The notes under the pieces are model-generated. The model was not told the origin of the DNA. It saw nothing but the letters and a program-made list of their open reading frames with translations, and did no database searches. Position numbers and translations under genes: made by a program. A stretch of 63,159 bases of DNA, counting the filler, from Octopus bimaculoides (Eukaryota): assembly GCF_001194135.2 (NCBI RefSeq). It is 5 parts of 5 records of this genome, joined end to end, with 100 filler letters (N's around TTAATTAATTAA, not from the genome) between each part and the next. Parts side by side here need not be neighbours in the genome. Positions count along the whole stretch, not along the records: positions 38,369 to 56,650 come from NC_068985.1; 4 more parts are not named here. The stretch is one strand, 5' to 3'. Of the stretch, positions 38,400 to 50,264 are shown piece after piece. The stretch's first letter is position 1. Every line of letters starts with the position of its first letter.

Positions 38400-38729
38400 G
38401 GCGCATGGCTCAGTGGTTAGAGCATTGAGATTATGATCATGAGTTTGTGAGTTCGAATCCCAGACTAGGCTGTGTGTTGTGTTCTTGAGCAAGACACTTT
38501 ATTTCACAATGTTCCAGTTCACTCAGCTGTAGAAATGAATAGCATTGTCACTGGTACTAAGCTGTATCGGCCTTTGCCTTTCCCTTGGACACCACTGGTG
38601 GCGTGGAGAAGGGAGGCCGGTATGCATGGGCAACTGCTGGTCTCCCATAAACAACCTTGCCCAGACTTGTGCTTGGGAGGGTAACTTTCTAGGTGCAATC
38701 CCATGGTCACTTATGACCAAAGGAGGTCT
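38398..38729 (+). mobile_element. SINE family C, full length
   Basis: A box TGGCTCAGTGG, B box GAGTTCGAATCCC, core and tail. Confidence 0.93.
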
Positions 38730-38733
38730 AAGC

Positions 38734-38768
<35 letters not shown>

Positions 38769-39504
38769 TACATGAAGGCTTTCTGCACTGTTTCTGTTTA
38801 ACAAATTCATCTTGTTCCCCTTGGAATATATCGACCAATGTGAATCATGCATTGTCTTACAGAATGAGAACTCGGAGCTACATAAATCAAAGTGAAGCTC
38901 TTAATTCCATGGCTATGAGTCAGTTTCTTATATAGGATTAATTACTATATACTCATAATATAAATCTAAATTTACTTTATTATTTTCAATTTTGCAATAA
39001 TTCTCAATTTAGCTATTATGAAAATTACGATTGAAAGATTAAAAAAAAAAAAATTGTTCAATAAATCAACACAGTTTAAACAAGTTTATTAGATATCTTT
39101 TAAATAACAGGAAGTTAAAGCTAAATATGCTAAATATTATAAACAGAGCCGCATACATACATACATACATACATACATACATACATACATACATACATAC
39201 ATACATACATACATACAAATACACATACACTTGCAGTATCTGACATATTCGGTATATTTTCAATTTAATATGAAATTTTCCAGTGATCACATTCCATTTC
39301 CTGTTTACTTTCACTACAAGATTTTATGACATTGGGTCATATAATTCTCATTATCATTAAGTTAAAAGCGATTATAAAACTTTAGTCATAAAGTGTATAT
39401 ATCAATTTTTATAAAAACATAGAAATAACCATGTTAATACTACTGTGTAATTGTGGGGAGAGAAATAAGATAGCTTTGATATATTTTAGTGGATTATTTT
39501 GTTT

Positions 39505-39700
39505 TATCTTTTGTTATTTTATTTGTTTCAGTCATTAAAGCCTGGCCATGCTGGGGTACCAACTTGAAGGGTTTAGTTGAAAAATATCAATCCCTAGCAC
39601 TTATTTTTTAAAGCTTGGTACTTACTCAGTCAGTATCTTTTGCCAAACTGCTAAGTTACAGGAATGAAAACAAACCAACACTGGTTGTCAATGTAGTGAT
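39505..39700 (-). mobile_element. Decayed 3' half of SINE family A
   Basis: TTGTTTCAGTCATT...GGCCATGCTGG...TTTTGCCAAACTGCTAAGTTAC. Confidence 0.65.
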
Positions 39701-39787
39701 GGATTACAACTTATACAAAGACACATAGATATACATCCATCCATCCTACATACATATATACATCCATACATGCTTATATATGTATGC

Positions 39788-39838
<51 letters not shown>

Positions 39839-39840
<2 letters not shown>

Positions 39841-39970
39841 CGCAAGCATGTCTGTGTGGTAAGAAGCTTGCTTCCTAACCACATAATCTTGGGTTCAGTC
39901 TCACTGTGTGGCACCTTGGGCAACTGTCTTGTACTATATATAGCCTTGGGCTGACCAAAGCCTTGTGAGT
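39839..39970 (+). mobile_element. SINE family A 5' part, truncated by the hammerhead-bearing inverted element
   Basis: Head through CCTTGTGAGT, then an abrupt switch in sequence. Confidence 0.85.
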
Positions 39971-40174
39971 TTCACACCTATCTCACACTTAGCAACATAG
40001 GAAACTCATCAGACCTACTAACTGGAGGCACATAACCTTTCTAGTTTCTACTATTAGAGATAAGTGTTCCTACCTTCAGTAATAGAGAGATTATGTACCT
40101 GCAACCAGTAGGTCTGACGAGTCGCCTATATCACTAAGTGCAAAATAGGGGTGAAACCAATGGAAATCTCCTGG
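39969..40174. mobile_element. Back-to-back inverted pair of hammerhead-bearing repeats (PLE pLTR/retrozyme-like)
   Basis: Imperfect inverted arms of about 70 bp; each arm reads CCAG..GGT CTGAYGAG..CCTAT..ATAGG.GT GAAAC outward. Confidence 0.6.
40105..40174 (+). ncRNA. Type I hammerhead-ribozyme-like motif with A16.1 (GAA triplet)
   Basis: CCAGUAGGU-CUGACGA-GUCGCCUAU/AUAGGGGU-GAAA-CCAAUGG-A-A-AUCUCCUGG. Helix I pairs at 8 of 9 positions. Confidence 0.65.
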
Positions 40175-40759
40175 CTGGCTATATATATATATATATATAG
40201 CACTCCTTATAATTACTATTGTTATTCATTTAGCGGTGTGTTAAAGCAAAGTTAAGTAACCCATTTATTCAATTTTGTTTATTCTTGCTCTAAATCTCGA
40301 AAATTCCTTCTCTTGATGTTTTATTTTCGACCAGCCCTAACTCTGGAAAATTTCACTGCTCTCCCTCTCTGTTTCGTTGACCATCTGCTTTTCCCATGTA
40401 GATTGTTAATTAGTAGCTAGCTGTGTCTGTGGCTATGCCACATCGTCTTCTGTTAGGTAATAGGGCAGCTACAGTGCTTTGCCATTCGTGGTGCGCCCTC
40501 CTATCCCACCTCACCACCTATACCGGAAGCCTTTATCTTCTGACCTCTACCAGATGTCTTTCTCCTGAGCACCTCTAACAGCTTACTATACGGAACGCTT
40601 CCTCCTCATTTCCCCCTATCCCTACCTACTATCTCCTGTTGAACATAGTGATTATGTAGCAAATAAAATGATGGTGTAGTGTATGCAGGTTGAAAGTTAT
40701 TTGTATGTTTACGAGATCTGCCAAATGCGAACTATCTTCTCAAATGCTTAATGCTGCTG

Positions 40760-41490
40760 TCCCCCATCCCAGGGTCTCACTGGCCCACACCTTCCTCACC
40801 GCCAGAGCTGGCACACTAAATGTTGGCATATTGAAACGTAGATCTGGTGAGATTGTTGAGATGCTTGAACGGAGACATGTAGATTTGTGCTGCATCCAAG
40901 AAGTAAGGTGGAGAGGAAGTTCTGCTCGGTTCTTACAGGCAAAGAACATTGGTATAAGATTATGTCTCCAACCAGTAGGTCTGACGAGTCTCCTTTTCAA
41001 TCTCAGTCACAGATTTTTTTAATTAATTTTTTTTTTAACTAAACAGTTCGAAACTTCGGAAACTGGTTGAATGTGTCACATAGAACACGGTTTACTCTTA
41101 ACGGTTTTGACAAAATTTTGTATTTTAGAAGTTATTTCGTGTTAAAGTTGTCATGTTTGGATAATTTTAACCAATCAATGACGTGTATTCAGCTGAAGAA
41201 AGTTACTGCTGTTTGCGAAAGTAATAGAAGAGCAACAACTTCCCAGTCATCGAGTCATGAAAAAGAGGGAGTGAGGTGGGAGAAGAGTATAAAAGATATG
41301 AAAGGTGGGTAAGAAAAACAGAAAATTCTTTTATTGGGAATGGGTGAGAAAGACAGAAATTTCTTTTATAGGGAATACATACGTATGTGTGTGCACATGT
41401 ATTTTTTCCATCTTATCCAGTGTATCCTCTCGTTTATATAATGTTAGCATGTGACATTGAGAAAGATTTGGCTGTTATTTCCAGCAAATC

Positions 41491-41538
<48 letters not shown>

Positions 41539-41683
41539 GAGAGAGTGGTGGTGTGTTGACGAGCTGAACGACAGCTTATATAAACTTACCAACCCCCTAC
41601 CACTGCATATTAATTTATTAAACCCTCTCCTTTCCTTACTTCCATTCGGGGTTTTATCAGCTTTATATATGAATGTGTGTGTG

Positions 41684-41738
<55 letters not shown>

Positions 41739-42035
41739 TTGACACACACACATCCGAAGTTTCAAACTGTTTAGTTAAAAAAAAATTAATTAAAAAATCT
41801 GTGACTGAGATTGAAATGATCCAGGGTAGGGAACACTGATGGGGTTGGGGCGTGGGTATACTCCTTGCGGAGAAATGGGTTGATAAGGTTGTCGAGGTAG
41901 TAAGAGTCTATGATAAAATACTTAAGCTTAGACTAGTGCTGCAACATGGATCAGCGACCATTATCTCGGTCTATGCCCCTCAGCCAGAGCTGCCTGATGA
42001 ACAGAAAGAGCGATTTTATGACACCCTTTGCAGAC
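40760..42035 (+). mobile_element. RTE LINE AP-endonuclease region, split by nested insertions at 40957-41816
   Basis: AGTLNVGILKRRSGEIVEMLERRHVDLCCIQEVRWRG (left) resumes as GVGILLAEKWVDKVVEVVRV...ISVYAPQPELPDEQKERFYDTL (right). Confidence 0.92.
40995..41816. mobile_element. ~820-bp non-autonomous DNA-transposon-like insert with ~65-bp inverted ends
   Basis: 40995-41060 is the near-perfect reverse complement of 41753-41816. Internal 41050-41210 is homologous to 53640-53810. Confidence 0.7.
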
Positions 42036-42037
42036 TT

Positions 42038-42700
42038 TTGTGTGGGACAAATCAAATGACAAATTTCGAACATTTTATAACATTCTGAACACCTTTCGTC
42101 CATGTATTAAATTCACAACAGAAACCAGTCAAAGTAACCTCAGAAGAACAAAATTTACGTCAGGGAATAACTCTCTGTAAAAGTTTGGGGGATTCTGGAA
42201 TGTGTAACAGTGATTTCAAATATTTAGATACTGGATCCATTATAAAAAATCATTAAGTGGATATTCTTTCTAAATAAATGCCAACGAACTGCAAAATAGA
42301 AATCTGTCATATTGTATAACCTGCCCCACATGCAAAGAAAATTACATCAGTCAGACTGGAAACTCCCTGTATGAACGAGTATAGTTACATAAGCAGCAGA
42401 TGACACAACTGGAATTCCACAGTTGACATCTAGAAATCTGCTGAAACAGCAAATTCAGCATTCTCCCATTTTATAAACAAAAATGCCCAGGGGATGATAC
42501 AAAATTTCGGAAAGAAATGGAGAAACATTTCATCAAAGAATTTGCTCCAAAACTCATCACATAAAAACACTATAGAGACACTGAAAATTTTATTAAGGAA
42601 TGACTTTTCAGGGTCAACCAAAGCAGTTCTCCATCAGAGAATAATGACGTTGTTACTAAAATAAATTACTAAAAAATAATAATTTTTAAGCAATCACCAC
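42038..42700 (+). mobile_element. Penelope-like element relic: RT C-terminal piece plus GIY-YIG endonuclease
   Basis: WDKSNDKFRTFYNILNTFRPCIKFTTETS; NLSYCITCPTCKENYISQTGNSLYERV*LHKQQ; FRKEMEKHFIKEFAPKL. Confidence 0.85.
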
Positions 42701-43436
42701 ACAAACACACACACACACTGTATACAGAAACCTCCAAAAATCCCATTCACATATCTTGAAGAAAAACTAGTTAACCGTTTAATGACTGCTCCAGATTAAA
42801 ATCAACAATATTGAAATTAAGAAACAGCTGAACATTTCTGGAGAAACCTGTTCAAATAACAACCACCGCAGAAATCATTTGTTCTTTGTTTCATTTTTCA
42901 ATAAACAACTGACATTTCATTATATACACGAGAATCAATAAACAGTTGGCCCTTTTGGACAAAAACACTACCCAAACCTTCCTAGAAATTCATTTATTCA
43001 TTTGAAATATGCCACAAACATATTTTAACTAACCTGAGCTTTACTTATGCCTAAACATTGTTTGACGCTAATATTACAGTAATTTCCACAACCTGAGGCC
43101 TACTGGCGCAAATCAGTCAATGTTGTTGACAGTATTTTAGTTAAAGCTATAACTTTAATAAGGTCTGTCCGGAGTTATCTCTCTAGGTATTTCCATTGAC
43201 AACGGCTGAGGAGCTAGAAACATTGACGTCTGGGAATCCTGATAGATGGAGATACTGGACAGATATGATGTATTTATACCTTTTTATCGTAAGAGAAAAT
43301 TCTCTCCATGGTAACTGCAGGGAATTTGGCTTTTATCAATTGAAATATGTCACATACATATTTTAACTAAACTAAACTTTATTCTTTGTTTAAATAATTC
43401 CTTCGCACGCGCACGCACACATAGATAGATCATATA

Positions 43437-44301
43437 TGTGGTCTGATCAATAAGTATCCGGACTGTTGTTATAGGATGGAAACTAAAGCACGCAGAGTAA
43501 AACTGCCTGGCACAGATTGACCTCTGCTGTGCATGTGCACTAAGATTTAACGTTCTAGCTCACTTCCGCTGTTTACAACAGTGCTTGGAATGAAGGTGTG
43601 TAGCGTGTGATCGTCGCATTAACCATGACAGAGAAAGCTGTCATATCGATGCCTGCTCAGAGTCCGACGCAAAGTTTCAGAAAGTGTATGGAGAGGAGTG
43701 TATGAGCCGCACACAAATGTACGGGTGGTTCAGACGTTTCCAAGATGGCCGGAAAAAATGTCGATAGTGACGAATGTTCTGGGAGACCCGCAACTGACAG
43801 AACTAAGAAAAACATCGCAGATGTGCATGCAGCTGTCAGGAAAAATCGTTGAATTACCATGAGTTATCAGAGGATGTGCAGATTAGTTCATTATCATGAA
43901 GATTTGGGTATGAGACGTGTGTTTGCCAAGTTTGTGCCGAAACTGTTTTAGCTGACAAAAATGACAGTCAGGTTTCTTCAGTTGCTCAAAATCTCGTTGA
44001 CTGTGTCGAGAACGATGAGACCTTTTTGAAAACTTTGCGTAGGCCTCTGAGCAGGTATCGCCGAACTTTTTGGTAAAATTTGATGCAGATTCTCTGCTCA
44101 ACTTTGTCATGGTCAATGTGACAATCACACGCTACGAACCTTCCTTCCAAGTACTGCTGTAAACAGCGCAAGTGAGCTAGAACGTTAAAACTTAGTGCAC
44201 ATACACGGCAGAGTTTTAGCTCAATCTGTGCCAAGCGGCTTTACTCTCCGTGCTTTAGCTTTGTTACTATAACAGTCCGGATACTTATTGATCAGACCAC
44301 G
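43437..44301 (+). mobile_element. Mariner-derived non-autonomous element whose right end is an inverted copy of its left ~290 bp
   Basis: TA flanks and terminal (C/T)GTGGTCTGATCAATAAGTATCCGGACTGTT at both ends. Internal transposase N-terminus QKVYGEECMSRTQMYGWFRRFQDG...EDLGMRRVFAKFVPKL. Confidence 0.93.
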
Positions 44302-44559
44302 TATAGAGATTCAAAGCAACAAACACGTCATCAAAAATCTTAACTGGTCACTCCCCAAACCCATTTATCCATTGTCAAACCTCTAGACTCGAGTAAATAA
44401 ATTTATTAAGAAGGTTTATATATCTGACCTTTTTCAACAATCAGCTGACATCTCTCACGTATAGAAAGTGAAATTGCCATACGTAAGAATAATGTTTTTG
44501 AAAAATTCCATGGGGAATGCAAGTGCTAAAAGTATATAATGAATGATTAAAAGTATTTC

Positions 44560-44790
44560 TCTAACTGCTGATTACTTACTTCTTTTATTAATATATAGAA
44601 TCTGCTCTTCATTACGGACACACGTACTTTTCTCGGATTATTCTTTTCTTTCTCTCCAAACATTCCCTCTTTCTGACGAAGATCCATGCTTGAAACGTCA
44701 CACACCCTCTTTTTCACATCTTAAACTGAGCGTAAACCTAATATATTCACTGTGTATGTCCTTTTGGCTTCTGTTGCTTTTGTTTTTATT
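44560..44790 (+). mobile_element. Penelope-like 3' tail with degenerate hammerhead motif (44667-44705)
   Basis: CTCTTT CTGACGA A GATCCATGCTT GAAAC GTC. Confidence 0.6.
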
Positions 44791-44839
44791 TTTGTTTATA
44801 TTTTTGACTTACCTGTACATACATACATACATACATACA

Positions 44840-44873
<34 letters not shown>

Positions 44874-46234
44874 CATACATTCTGTCTAAATATCAATCTT
44901 GAGAAATTAGGCTTCTCAAAATCATAAAAGAGAAAGCTGATTCGAAGACTACAGATCCAGACTATCACTGGAACTGTAAAAAATCTGTAAAACTTCGCTG
45001 AAGTTTATTACTTAAGTATGTATGAGCATGTCTAGACATGCAGCTACATGCATGAGAATACATACATAAAAAACGTACAAATCTGCACACATACATACAT
45101 ACATACATACATACATGCATAAATACATACATACATACCTTGTTGTTGATGTTGAAATTCCAGTGGAGGAACCTTGGATCTAGCTTAGGAACCGGTTCTT
45201 TCGCTATTGGTAAGAAATCTTGAAATAAAAGTGAATAATGTCATACACACATACATACATAGATACATACATACATACACACATACACACACACATACAT
45301 ACATACATACAGACAGACAGACAGACAGACAGACTATATTTGTGCATCACTATATGAATATTTTTTTGCCTAAAGATAAGGCCTTCGTTTCTCTGAATGA
45401 TTAAATCAAGTCGGTAACTTTCGCTACCACGTACCTGTTAAACTTTAAGCCTTTGTTTGTTAATTTAGTGCATCCTTCCGGTTTCTAAAATCCACCTACC
45501 AACAGGCCTTGTAAATACCTTGTATCCTTCTTAAAATTAATGTTACGGTCCTCCTCACATAGATATCTCTATTCCAAAATTAACAGTAGACACATTTCCT
45601 CATTATTACCATTTTTCTTCGTGATCCTAACCTCTCACATTTTACTCATTTTTTAATCCTCTCTGTGGCAGAGAGTGATTTTGAGAATCAGTTGGTCTCC
45701 TTTTCATTTCTAAACTTGCCAGAAGCACAATACGTGGGATCACCAACAATTACATTATGGTAGATATTTGGCTCCGCATAGTTTTTTCTTCCGCTTTATG
45801 CATATAAAATATTCATTTTTAATTACATATATATCTTTATCTCTATATGTTCGAGTGTATATACATTCATACATATATATATTATATACATGTATGTATT
45901 ATACATATATATATATATATATATATATANNNNNNNNNNNNNNNNNNNNNNNNNNNNNNNNNNNNNNNNNNNNNNNNNNNNNNNNNNNNNNNNNNNNNNN
46001 NNNNNNNNNNNNNNNNNNNNNNNNNNNNNNNNNNNNNNNNNNNNNNNNNNNNNNNNNNNNNNNNNNNNNNNNNNNNNNNNNNNNNNNNNNNNNNNNNNNN
46101 NNNNNNNNNNNNNNNNNNNNNNNNNNNNNNNNNNNNNNNNNNNNNNNNNNNNNNNNNNNNNNNNNNNNNNNNNNNNNNNNNNNNNNNNNNNNNNNNNNNN
46201 NNNNNNGAGAGAGAGAGAGAGAGAGAGAGAGAGT

Positions 46235-46775
46235 CATGTGGATAAACAAATTAGACACCTCTAGTATAGTAAATATGTAAAATACATCAAATACAAAGTG
46301 TGTATTTATTCATACATGCAAAATGAGAGAAAGCAAAAGGTGGAAACTTTCAGATAATGAAATTTTATGTATAAATATATAGATATTTATATTAATAGGT
46401 CCAACTTACACAGTACAAACCACAGAGAAAATAAAAGGGGTGGAAGTTCATTTAGTTGGTAGATTTGTGCAATAATGTTGGTAGATATAGTTCATTTAGT
46501 TGATAGATTTATGATGACTTAAATCTACCAACATTATCATGAATCACCGAGCCCCCAGAAACAGCTGTTAGACTTATAACACCTTCCTTTAATTTTCTCG
46601 GTCGTTTGTACTCTGTACTATATATTTGTTCTTAAAAATTCATCATCTGAAAGTCTCTATCTTTTACTTTCACTCGTATACATAAATACATATTTTGTAC
46701 TTCATATCCAAACTAATATATTTAAAACATTTGATGTATCTAATTTGTTTATCCGCATAATGGCCTCTATACCCG
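46235..46775. repeat. Old, diverged foldback: ~210-bp inverted arms around a ~120-bp spacer
   Basis: ATG.GGATAAACAAATTAGA.AC, ACTTTCAGAT.ATGAA.TTT and AGTACAAAC..C.GAGAAAAT.AAAGG recur in inverted order. Confidence 0.7.
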
Positions 46776-47829
46776 CTCAACTTGATCTCTCTTATAGCTT
46801 TTCTTTACCTTGTAGATTGATCCCCTGTAGAGACATTGGTGTTTAAGTTTGAATCTTTTGACCACTACTAAGTATCTTCTATACGGAGAATCTCTGGATC
46901 TCATTTGTGAATAATATATATATATATATATCCAAAGTTTTAAATTTGATTTTGTTCGATTAATTCATTATGTATTTTTTTTTTGTTCTAAAGAAACTTA
47001 TTCCTGATGACGTGTATGACAACTGATATATTTAACTTATATTTAGTGGTTAAATATAGTTCTACACAGAAATGCTTACATTGGATTAATACATGGATAT
47101 AAATTAAACATCGCTGTCAAATCTCTTTATTAAATGTATAAATTTAAAACTTTGGATATATAAACAAGGAGAACGATCCTTAAGGAATCTAATTTAGATT
47201 TTTCGAGGTGAAATATTATGCTATATTGGTAACGATTACAGAGTTTACTTTGAAAAATTATATANNNNNNNNNNNNNNNNNNNNNNNNNNNNNNNNNNNN
47301 NNNNNNNNNNNNNNNNNNNNNNNNNNNNNNNNNNNNNNNNNNNNNNNNNNNNNNNNNNNNNNNNNNNNNNNNNNNNNNNNNNNNNNNNNNNNNNNNNNNN
47401 NNNNNNNNNNNNNNNNNNNNNNNNNNNNNNNNNNNNNNNNNNNNNNNNNNNNNNNNNNNNNNNNNNNNNNNNNNNNNNNNNNNNNNNNNNNNNNNNNNNN
47501 NNNNNNNNNNNNNNNNNNNNNNNNNNNNNNNNNNNNNNNNNNNNNNNNNNNNNNNNNNNNNNNNNNNNNNNNNNNNNNNNNNNNNNNNNNNNNNNNNNNN
47601 NNNNNNNNNNNNNNNNNNNNNNNNNNNNTATATATATATACATGTATGTATGTATGTATGTATGTATGTATGTATGTATGTATAGTACGCACATACTCGT
47701 TTGTAAAATTTCTGTGCAAGCCTTGCAGTATACGAGGGTACGTAACAAATGACTGCCTATATAAAACCTTTTCATACTGAGGCTTTATCTATTTTTATGA
47801 CACATAAAGAAAGAAAACTGTAAAGAAAC

Positions 47830-48600
47830 AGTTACTGCATGAAATGGCTGCTTTAAAAGAATTCAGCAACAACTCGCTGGCATGTTATAAAAATGCAAGG
47901 AGAAGCTGTGAGCATTGATATTGAAGCAACACGTTTGTTTCTGAAAATACAAGAAATAATAGAGGAATAAACAACGCTGATATTTAACGATGGAGATGAA
48001 ACGAACCTATTTTGGAATCGTTTAGCAGCAAGAAACCGCTTTGCGAAAAGAAAAGTCATTGATTCCAGGTTTTGAAGTGGTTAAAGATTGGTTAATGTTG
48101 CTGTTTGAAGGTAATGTGACTGGCGACTATAGCTTAAAACTTAGGCTTATATATCACATCGAAAATCTAAAGGGAGAAAATGATCTCGTAAATGTTACTC
48201 TTCCAGTATTATACAAAACAAATAAACGAGTTTCGGTTACTGCTTTACTGTTTGAAGATTGATTTTACACTTCATTTAATATCTGAAGTTAAAAATATTG
48301 TGAAGACAAAATTATTCCCTTTCGTTTGCTGCTGACTGTAGAAAATGTGCTTTGTCGTGCACAACCTCTACACCATCACCACTCTAAGAAGTTAACGTTT
48401 ATACCTCCAAATATCACTTTTGCAACCAATGGAATAAGGCGTTATTGCAGTATTTAAAGCGGATTTTATTCGACACCCGTACGATCAACATTCGAAGAAT
48501 TTTGGAAATAATTTAATCCTTTTTGTTACCATGTTTCTGTAAAAACACCTTGCTCGTCTTTTCTTTTACAATTAATCTTCAAAATAATGAAGAATTTATT
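47830..48600 (+). mobile_element. Tigger/pogo transposase pseudogene
   Basis: GDETNLFWNR, KSLIPGFEVVKDWLMLLFEGNVTGDYSLKLRLIYHIEN, TLPVLYKTNK, KYCEDKIIPFRLLLTVENV; collinear with the Tigger1 DDE domain. Confidence 0.92.
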
Positions 48601-49034
48601 AATGTAATTTTGTCGTTATTAATCTAGTGCCTGGGACTTAAACTAACACGATAGTTTGACGGAAAGATTGCTTTAAAACAAAAAGATTAGATCATACAAC
48701 GAGGAGCAGTTTCAGGCAGGTTCGTATCAAAAGGGATGCAATAAAAAATAAAGTTGGCTCTTGAGTCGAATTGTTGGTGTAAACATGATGTTCTGGTGAT
48801 CTGATGAACTTCTTTCTTTGTTTGCATTGATTTGTGAATATATGGTTGTATTGTATAATACATAGCATGCATATTAATGCTAACTTGAGTACATAATTCA
48901 CTCCACACTGAAATTATTATTTTACGAAAACGGCTACGAAACGGCAGTAATCTTAAGGATGCCAAGTCTTTAAATAAATATATTCATCTCACATACCCCC
49001 TGACATTTTATGCTATATATATACATATTATATT

Positions 49035-49311
49035 AAGGGCATTAATACACATAAATACCTCACGCTATGAGGAACTCGTAAAGTCAAAACTACCATAATA
49101 AATACAGTGTACCGAACGCGAGGGAATGCAACTCTTGAAGCGAGCTCCTTATAAACAGATTCAGCCGCATATCATATGATTTCATAATTAGTGCACAAGA
49201 GCTCGCTTCAATAGTTGCACTCCCTCGCGTTCAGTACACTGTATTTATTATGGTAGTTTTGACTTCAAGAGTCCCTCATAGCGCGAGGCATTTATGTGTA
49301 TTAATGCCCTT
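49035..49311. mobile_element. Palindromic MITE with ~115-bp inverted arms, flanked by TTAA (Kolobok-like termini)
   Basis: TTAA|GGGCATTAATACACATAAAT ... ATTTATGTGTATTAATGCCC|TTAA; the arms are near perfect. Confidence 0.88.
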
Positions 49312-49680
49312 AATACAAATAAATATATTTAAAGGGAACAATGATAATTTTTCCGTGTTTGAGGTTTTTCACGCTGACTACTTCATAAATTCTTCTAAAC
49401 AATTTATCCTACTTTTAAATTATTTATATATATATATAGGTTCGAAACATAAAAGACTTTTCTATTTTTCCCATGCGTTAAACTAATACACCTGCTTGTT
49501 GTTCTTAACCCTGTCTTCATCTTTTGTATTCTGCAAATTTGAACTATATATATATATGTGTGTGTGTTTGTGTATTTACACACACACATACATACATGCA
49601 CACAAATACACATAAGTACATATATATGCGTATGTAATTTTGTCTATCTATACACGCACACACTCACACGCATATATATA

Positions 49681-49714
<34 letters not shown>

Positions 49715-50264
49715 CATACATACATACATACATACATACATACACACATGTATACATACACATATTTATATATTATATATATATTAAAAAGAGAAAGAAA
49801 AGAAAAGACCAAAAGAAATGAAAATCGGACTAATTCATCTTTTTTTTGTTGTTATTCATTTCTTTTTCCCAAAAATCAATATTGACAGAATATAGATAAA
49901 TATTTTAAACAATAAATTTAATTGTTTGTCATGTATATTCATCTTTTATTTTTGAGTTCTCTTTAATTTTCTCATGTCGTTTTTTATTTTTATTCATTCA
50001 AAAGACGCTCTTAATGTAATGTATGTATGTATGTACGTACGTAAGTATGTATGTATGTATGTAAGTATGTATGTATGTATGTATTGATTCGTTTTCTTTT
50101 TCTGTCTTTATTTTTGTTTTTTCTTTTCAATTTATCGAATATAGTAAATAAGCAAAAGTAGGAGTCTAATGACTTTACAATTGAACGGTTTCAACGATAA
50201 AGTTGTTATGCCTCATTGGTGCTTGAGTGGAAGACGTTACGGTGGTTAGGTAGTAAGTGGTGGT

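Noticed and set aside
43200-43235. CTGAGGA GCTA GAAAC ATTGAC GTC minimal hammerhead-like string
   Set aside because: No stem II closing pair, and helix I does not pair.
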